The notes beneath the pieces were generated by a model. That model did not search any database. It saw only the letters and a program-made list of their open reading frames with translations, and had not been told where the DNA came from. A stretch of DNA of 39,055 bases from a virus. Its lineage: Duplodnaviria; Caudoviricetes. Each line of letters starts with the position of its first letter. Positions within the stretch are counted from its first letter, which is position 1. Position numbers and translations under genes: made by a program. The stretch lies in IMG/VR virus record IMGVR_UViG_3300050145_000009, positions 1 to 39,055 of that record. One strand, given 5' to 3'. This document shows positions 33,970 through 39,055 of this stretch, piece by piece.

Positions 33970-36294
33970 ATGGATATGTGGACAAAACGAGCGCTGATTG
34001 TTAAGGCATTTGAGGAACTGACGCTCGGCGAAGCGTTCGATCTTGCGCCCGCCGAACTTCAATCAGCGCTGCACCTGCTAGACACGATGATGGCTGAATG
34101 GCTGTCGTGTGGCGTGTCTATCGGCTACACCGTGCCTGATGGCCCGACTAGCAATCTAGACGATGATTCAGGCATTGCGACTAAGCACGCCCGCCGCGTG
34201 TGGCTAAGTCTCGCTGTTATTCTCGGCGCTCAGTTTGGTAAGCCGGTGGCGAAGATCACGATCAAAGGCGCACGGCGAGGCTATGAAGAGCTGCTAATCT
34301 CTGCCGCCTATGCTGCGACTCAAGAACCCGCGCCGGAGCCTATCGCCTACACGATGACGGCCGACTTCGGTGTAGTTGGCCCGTGGCCTGCACTCAAGAG
34401 CCGATTGGGATTTGCGCAGAACCTGAAGACGCTAGGCGCTGGCCTTGAAGGCACGATGCCTTATCTAGTAGAGCTTGGTGCGTGTGGCTTCTCTGGTGCG
34501 TGTGAGTTTGATCTTTGGCACAAAGACCCGGGTGCTGTAAACCCGTGCATGGATGCCACCTATGATGGCTTTGGCCGTGCCGTGACAATGACAGACACGC
34601 CAACTGCGACGGCGACCAATTGGGCATCGATGCTCAACACCGCAAGCATCAAATGCGGCATCCAGCTAATCGGCGCGATCCCTGAGCAACAGATCGCAAC
34701 GACATACGAGCCTCGCCGACATCCGCCGCCAGTGAATATGGCGTTGCACTGCGACAAGGTATCAAACTGGATTCGCAGCACAAAATGGCCATGTCCGATT
34801 GACTGGTCTTTGTGGAATGAGCCATTGCGCACGCAGCTAGACTGTAAAAAGGGTAAAGGGCTGCTGAATGAGGTAATTGCAGAGACTGATGCGGAGTATG
34901 AACTCCGGCGTCAAGGCCTGAAAGAGCAGGCGGTTATCTCGCTGCGCGATCTCTATCTAGGCACGTTCTCCACGGCTGGCACTAAGACGATTGGCAAATG
35001 GTCTACGGCTAACGTGGGCTCGCTGCTGTCTGGTGACACCAAGACTAGCAATGGCAGGTCAATGGTTGACGGCAGAACGGGACGCGCTGGCTGGTGGGAC
35101 GAATACGATCTAAGCATTGCAGGCGCGAGCCAGGTTACGCAATGCACATACGCAACACACAATGACTTCGCTAACCGCGCTGCTATCCGTGGCGATGTGA
35201 ATGACTTCAACGGCAAGGATTACCCGCTGTGGTACACGCAGGGCGGGCCGTCGCTTCTCAAGGCCAGCAATGACGATGACGGCGGCGACGATCAAGACCC
35301 CGCCGCCGATACCCGCATGGGGCCTGCTTGTGAAATGCTGACGATGCTTCTCGCTGAGTCTGAGCGGCCCGAGGTTGCGCTACGTTGCTTCAGCTATTGG
35401 ATGGGCGGCGTGGATGGATTTGTGTCTTACGTTAGCCCCGGCGTTTACACGCTGCGCCATCGCTACACCGCTGCAAAAATGTGGACGCGCATTCCCGCTA
35501 GGCGCGTGCCAATGACGTATGTTGCGCAGAATCCAGAAGGCGATAAGGATTTGTTCGGCCAGCAGGGGCTGTTAGGCGTTGCTGGCATCGATCCTAACGC
35601 GAACACCGCAGCCGTTCTGTTTTGGTCGGAGCTATCCGAAGCCTATAGGATTACGCCGGAAGCCTTGAATCTTCCCCCAAAGCTGACAGGGTTAACGCCC
35701 ACCTACGTTGTTTTGTCCGAGTCTGCACCCTTGGGTGAGGTTGTCGCATTTAACGGCGCCGTGACCGTACAGCCACGCACGGCGCATCTGCTTATCTGGT
35801 CTGTTGGCACAAGCCCCGAAACTCGCCGCAACCCGCTGCAAGACGGCACTCGCACGCCTGTTTTCATTGCTAGGCGCGATGTGTATAACCGCCCAAAGGC
35901 TGCGGCTGGTTACTTCGATCAAGTTCGCGGCGTGTGCTGGATTACTCCGAGCCTGAGTTACACCAGCACGATTGGCCCCGCTTACACTTGGAAGAATGCG
36001 CCCGATAAGATTTGGGCCAATCTCTGGTTGCACAATCTAGACGCCCCATCCGCGCCGGTGGTTATCTCGTGCGACTATGGGGCCGGTGACGTTGTTCTTT
36101 TGAACACGCTTGCTGGCTCAATTGCGCAGGGTCAGATTGTGGAGTTGGATATTCTCGGCAATGCTCCGGCAGGCTGGGATGTTGGCGACCGGCTGGCGAC
36201 CATTGCTGTCTCAATGGCTGGCGCATGTATGCAGCGCTTGGAATGCTGGCTATCTGGCACGCAAGAAAAAGCCGCTGATTTGTTTGGCTCGTGA
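33970..36294 (+). CDS. gp4-like adaptor domain fused to a putative clan GH-A glycoside-hydrolase-like module
   Basis: First ~110 aa about 77% identical (84/109 by manual alignment) to 183..593; then an EPAPEP linker, WSLWNEP motif and beta-rich C-terminus. Confidence 0.75.
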   Translation: MDMWTKRALIVKAFEELTLGEAFDLAPAELQSALHLLDTMMAEWLSCGVSIGYTVPDGPTSNLDDDSGIATKHARRVWLSLAVILGAQFGKPVAKITIKGARRGYEELLISAAYAATQEPAPEPIAYTMTADFGVVGPWPALKSRLGFAQNLKTLGAGLEGTMPYLVELGACGFSGACEFDLWHKDPGAVNPCMDATYDGFGRAVTMTDTPTATATNWASMLNTASIKCGIQLIGAIPEQQIATTYEPRRHPPPVNMALHCDKVSNWIRSTKWPCPIDWSLWNEPLRTQLDCKKGKGLLNEVIAETDAEYELRRQGLKEQAVISLRDLYLGTFSTAGTKTIGKWSTANVGSLLSGDTKTSNGRSMVDGRTGRAGWWDEYDLSIAGASQVTQCTYATHNDFANRAAIRGDVNDFNGKDYPLWYTQGGPSLLKASNDDDGGDDQDPAADTRMGPACEMLTMLLAESERPEVALRCFSYWMGGVDGFVSYVSPGVYTLRHRYTAAKMWTRIPARRVPMTYVAQNPEGDKDLFGQQGLLGVAGIDPNANTAAVLFWSELSEAYRITPEALNLPPKLTGLTPTYVVLSESAPLGEVVAFNGAVTVQPRTAHLLIWSVGTSPETRRNPLQDGTRTPVFIARRDVYNRPKAAAGYFDQVRGVCWITPSLSYTSTIGPAYTWKNAPDKIWANLWLHNLDAPSAPVVISCDYGAGDVVLLNTLAGSIAQGQIVELDILGNAPAGWDVGDRLATIAVSMAGACMQRLECWLSGTQEKAADLFGS

Positions 36295-36309
36295 ATGTAC
36301 AATTGCAAT

Positions 36310-36576
36310 ATGTCTACCATGCTCTATAAGACCGGCTCTGAATTCCAATGGGAAGGCAAGAGCTACGACACGGTTATCGTTGAAGGCGACGTGACCGAAC
36401 ACATCAACTCCGGCTGGTTTGCCAATCCGCTTGAGTGCTGGGTTGAACCTGCCGCACCAGATGAAGCTTCCCCGACTCGCGCAGAGCTTGAGGAAAAGGC
36501 AACCGAGCTGGGTATCAAATTCGATGGCCGCACGACTGATGCGAAGCTGTCTAAACTCATCGCAGAAAAGGTCTAA
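36310..36576 (+). CDS. Small protein with a C-terminal HeH/LEM-like motif
   Basis: PTRAELEEKATELGIKFDGRTTDAKL; located in the head gene cluster. Confidence 0.75.
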   Translation: MSTMLYKTGSEFQWEGKSYDTVIVEGDVTEHINSGWFANPLECWVEPAAPDEASPTRAELEEKATELGIKFDGRTTDAKLSKLIAEKV

Positions 36577-36578
36577 CC

Positions 36579-36881
36579 ATGTTTGAACCCAGTTATGGCA
36601 CGGGCCAGCTAATCACGGCCACCACGACCAGCAGCAATACCGCAATCACGGGTGACGGCGATGTTGTTCGCGTTGTTCATACCGTTGCTGGCGGTGCTTT
36701 GGTTTATATGCGCCTGAGCGATAGCGCGTCTGCCGTGGCGACTGCTGCTGATTTTGTGCTGGTGCCTAACGTGCCGGTCGAGATTCCACGCGGCGCAAAC
36801 TTCAATCGCATTGCTCTGATTGCCGCTAGTGGCTCTCACGGCATCCACGTTATTACCGGACAAGAGAAAGACATTCAATGA
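36579..36881 (+). CDS. Small beta-rich virion (decoration-like) protein
   Basis: 100 aa, Thr/Ala/Val-rich; ATGA overlap with the next gene. Confidence 0.65.
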   Translation: MFEPSYGTGQLITATTTSSNTAITGDGDVVRVVHTVAGGALVYMRLSDSASAVATAADFVLVPNVPVEIPRGANFNRIALIAASGSHGIHVITGQEKDIQ

Positions 36882-39055
36882 CCATCCTCGCTGCTGGCGC
36901 TTCGGCGTCTGTCTCGCTGCCTGCGGGCCAATTCATCCAAGTAACGGGCGGCTCTGGCACCGCTGTTGTGCAGAATATGCCGGGCGCTGTGCCGATTCAA
37001 CTGGACGGCGATACGAAGATTGGCCCGTTTGACACGGCGCGGGTTGTGGGCTTGAGCGCCACGACTGCGATTGACTACACCGCGACTGATGGCATTTTGG
37101 TCGGGCTCTCCGCTTCCGCTGCGCAGGCGGTGCAGTCATCACTTGCAGGCTTCGGCTTTCCCGACTACCGCACCGCTGTCGAGCAGTCGATCAGCCAGGC
37201 TCTGCGCCTCAAGTCGATGACCTCCGCGCCTGCGATTGTCGAGACTGCGCCGACGAATAAGAGCAGCGGGAATGTTTGCTACATCGACAACATCGCTGGC
37301 TTGAACGCGAACAACGGCAGCACTGCCACAGCCCCGTTCAAAGACGCGTGGAAGTTGCCGGGCACCCCAGGCGCTGGCGCGACCATTCATTTGGCGGCCG
37401 ATGCGGTTTGGGAGTACGCGGCAAGTTGGGCAGACTACAAGGCGGGTCGCGTGGATGCTGCGAACGCATTTGGCGCAAACAACGTCGGGCAGTGGACTGG
37501 CACGGCATCAAACCCGATCACAATTCGCCCGTACTACCCGCGCGGCGCGACGGCGAGCAAGCCCACGATCCGCTGGTATGCGTTGATGCAGGCCGGTGAC
37601 TGGACGCAAGAAGCCGGCATCAGCGGCGGCAAGGTGTGGTCTGCCGCGTGGGCAAAATCCGGGAATGGCTATTACAACGTCGGTGTGGCATTTGGTGCTG
37701 CGCGCACGATGGGCGTTGCATGGGGTCAGCAAAACACCTCTGGCGCGCCAGGCAGTCTGAATGCGGCAGGGCAGTTCGCTGTGGACGCCGCCAAGGTCTA
37801 CGTCTACGTCCCTGACGGCACGAACCCCAACACGTATTACGGTGAAGTGCGCATTTTTGGGGGCAACGGGCAGGCCCTGCTTTCCTCATTCAACGGCCAG
37901 TGCCAGAACCTGCGACTCTTTGGCATTCGCTTTGAGTTGTGCATGCCTTTCAACTTGGTTGCAGGCGGCACGGGAAACAACGCCGACTCCATCGAGGTTG
38001 CCGGGTGTGATTTCGTCAAAACCACGTCTGCAAATTTCCGCCATCAGCAGACCTTCGCCAGCCCAACTGAGGGAACGCTGGTGTTCCGTGATAACTATGG
38101 CGAGGATACCCATAGCGCGATGGTCAAATTCAGCAGCGGCGGCACCGTTGGCAACACGGTGAGCTGGGAGTTTTATCGAAACCGCGTGAACCGTGGCAAC
38201 TTATCGAGTTGCTACGCAGGGGCACTGTTTTACAACCAGTGCTCAGGCGGCACGAAGCACATCGCTTGGGGCAACTACGGTTTCGACTGTCGCACCGGCT
38301 ACGCCAATGAGGAAATCGACGGCTGCTTCATGTACAGCGACATAGGCTCGGATAAGGCCATTTATTTCGGGAATATCGCAGAGCAGTGCGGGAAGGGTTT
38401 TCAACAAAACAACCTGACCGGCATGGGCGTCATGGTGGCGAATCTGGCGATCGACTGCGGCTCTATCGGCTCGATCACGAACACCATCGGCGCCGCCACG
38501 GCTCCAAGTTTCATTGGCGCGCACAACACCTATCTTTGGACGGGTCGAATCTCGGCTGCGTCTCTGCCGGTGGGGCCAAACATCGGCGGAAGTGGCGTCA
38601 AGGATTGGATGCAGGAGCCCGCGCTCAACATTACCAACCAACTGGCGTTGCAGTCAGGTGCAACTTACAACTACGTCTCGTTGACGTTGGCGAACAACCT
38701 GTTCGTCAATGCCAGCGGTGCAACGCTGTCCCAAAAGCCTGCGCTGCGTATCCCGGCCAGTCGGGCGACCACCCTGCTTGTCGCTGGCAACGCGCCCTGC
38801 GGATTTGCATCAAATGCAATTTCTGAGGCCGAAGCGTTTGCAACCAGCTACACGCAGTCAGCTCGGTATTGCCACCTGGTCGGCGGCGCCGGTGACGCGC
38901 AGGCGTGGTTGTCGCAAGGTGCCACTGGCGTTGCCCGCCCCGGCGTCGGCTCGCCACTGGTCGGCGCTGGCGCATCGCTGTCCGTGCAGTATCAGGATAT
39001 CGGCGGCAGGAATTTCGCGGCCATGCCGACGATTGGATGCTACGAGCCCCAAGCG
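36878..39055 (+). CDS. Large right-handed beta-helix (pectin-lyase-like) fibre/depolymerase; 3' end runs off the window (absent from the ORF track)
   Basis: Open for 726 codons from ATG 36878 (MTILAAGASASVSLPAG); CYIDNIAGLNANNGSTATAPFK, GTASNPITI, Asn/Gly-rich repeats, C-terminal SPLVGAG...DIGGR...PTIGCYE. Confidence 0.8.
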   Translation, partial: MTILAAGASASVSLPAGQFIQVTGGSGTAVVQNMPGAVPIQLDGDTKIGPFDTARVVGLSATTAIDYTATDGILVGLSASAAQAVQSSLAGFGFPDYRTAVEQSISQALRLKSMTSAPAIVETAPTNKSSGNVCYIDNIAGLNANNGSTATAPFKDAWKLPGTPGAGATIHLAADAVWEYAASWADYKAGRVDAANAFGANNVGQWTGTASNPITIRPYYPRGATASKPTIRWYALMQAGDWTQEAGISGGKVWSAAWAKSGNGYYNVGVAFGAARTMGVAWGQQNTSGAPGSLNAAGQFAVDAAKVYVYVPDGTNPNTYYGEVRIFGGNGQALLSSFNGQCQNLRLFGIRFELCMPFNLVAGGTGNNADSIEVAGCDFVKTTSANFRHQQTFASPTEGTLVFRDNYGEDTHSAMVKFSSGGTVGNTVSWEFYRNRVNRGNLSSCYAGALFYNQCSGGTKHIAWGNYGFDCRTGYANEEIDGCFMYSDIGSDKAIYFGNIAEQCGKGFQQNNLTGMGVMVANLAIDCGSIGSITNTIGAATAPSFIGAHNTYLWTGRISAASLPVGPNIGGSGVKDWMQEPALNITNQLALQSGATYNYVSLTLANNLFVNASGATLSQKPALRIPASRATTLLVAGNAPCGFASNAISEAEAFATSYTQSARYCHLVGGAGDAQAWLSQGATGVARPGVGSPLVGAGASLSVQYQDIGGRNFAAMPTIGCYEPQA

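Larger units (their letters stand above)
1..39055. mobile_element. P22-like podovirus genome, near complete, circularly permuted
   Basis: Full P22-type gene set (TerS, TerL, portal, scaffold, coat, gp4, gp10, ejection proteins, tailspike), lysis cassette and replication/recombination genes; no host housekeeping genes; gene order continues from the window end to the window start. Confidence 0.93.

Noticed and set aside
37261-39052. Short ORFs listed in the track in this interval
   Set aside because: All are off-frame or antisense to the single ORF starting at 36878

Overview
The window is an apparently near-complete, circularly permuted ~39 kb genome of a P22-like (podovirus-type) dsDNA phage. 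The gene families and promoter style suggest a Betaproteobacterial host; that is an inference. The virion and lysis genes are on the + strand and wrap around the window ends: terS, terL, a 3.7-kb accessory island, portal, scaffold, coat, extra virion genes, then (from base 1) gp4, gp10, a gp14-like gene, three ejection proteins, tailspike, holin-like genes, an M15 endolysin and Rz/Rz1. A leftward block (10.9-17.9 kb) has small nucleases and HTH proteins, an ibrB/ibrA chimera, a DUF3310 gene, a metallophosphoesterase and a C5 DNA methyltransferase. A rightward early block (18-23.5 kb) has small membrane peptides, a DUF1376-type replication initiator with internal iterons, Erf, SSB and NinB. I saw no integrase, CI-type repressor, tRNA or CRISPR array. 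Most notable: (1) a second, diverged gp4 head-tail adaptor domain fused to a ~660-aa glycoside-hydrolase-like module; (2) six promoters sharing an OxyR/LysR-like ATAG-N7-CAAT box against the -35; (3) a ~570-nt array of long hairpins ahead of terS; (4) an unannotated 45-aa peptide with a duplicated LDGGPKRP motif coupled to a membrane protein in front of the lysis genes; (5) a two-frame, EcoHK31I-style methyltransferase; (6) an in-frame ibrB-ibrA deletion fusion. All family assignments come from recognising motifs by eye; no searches were run.
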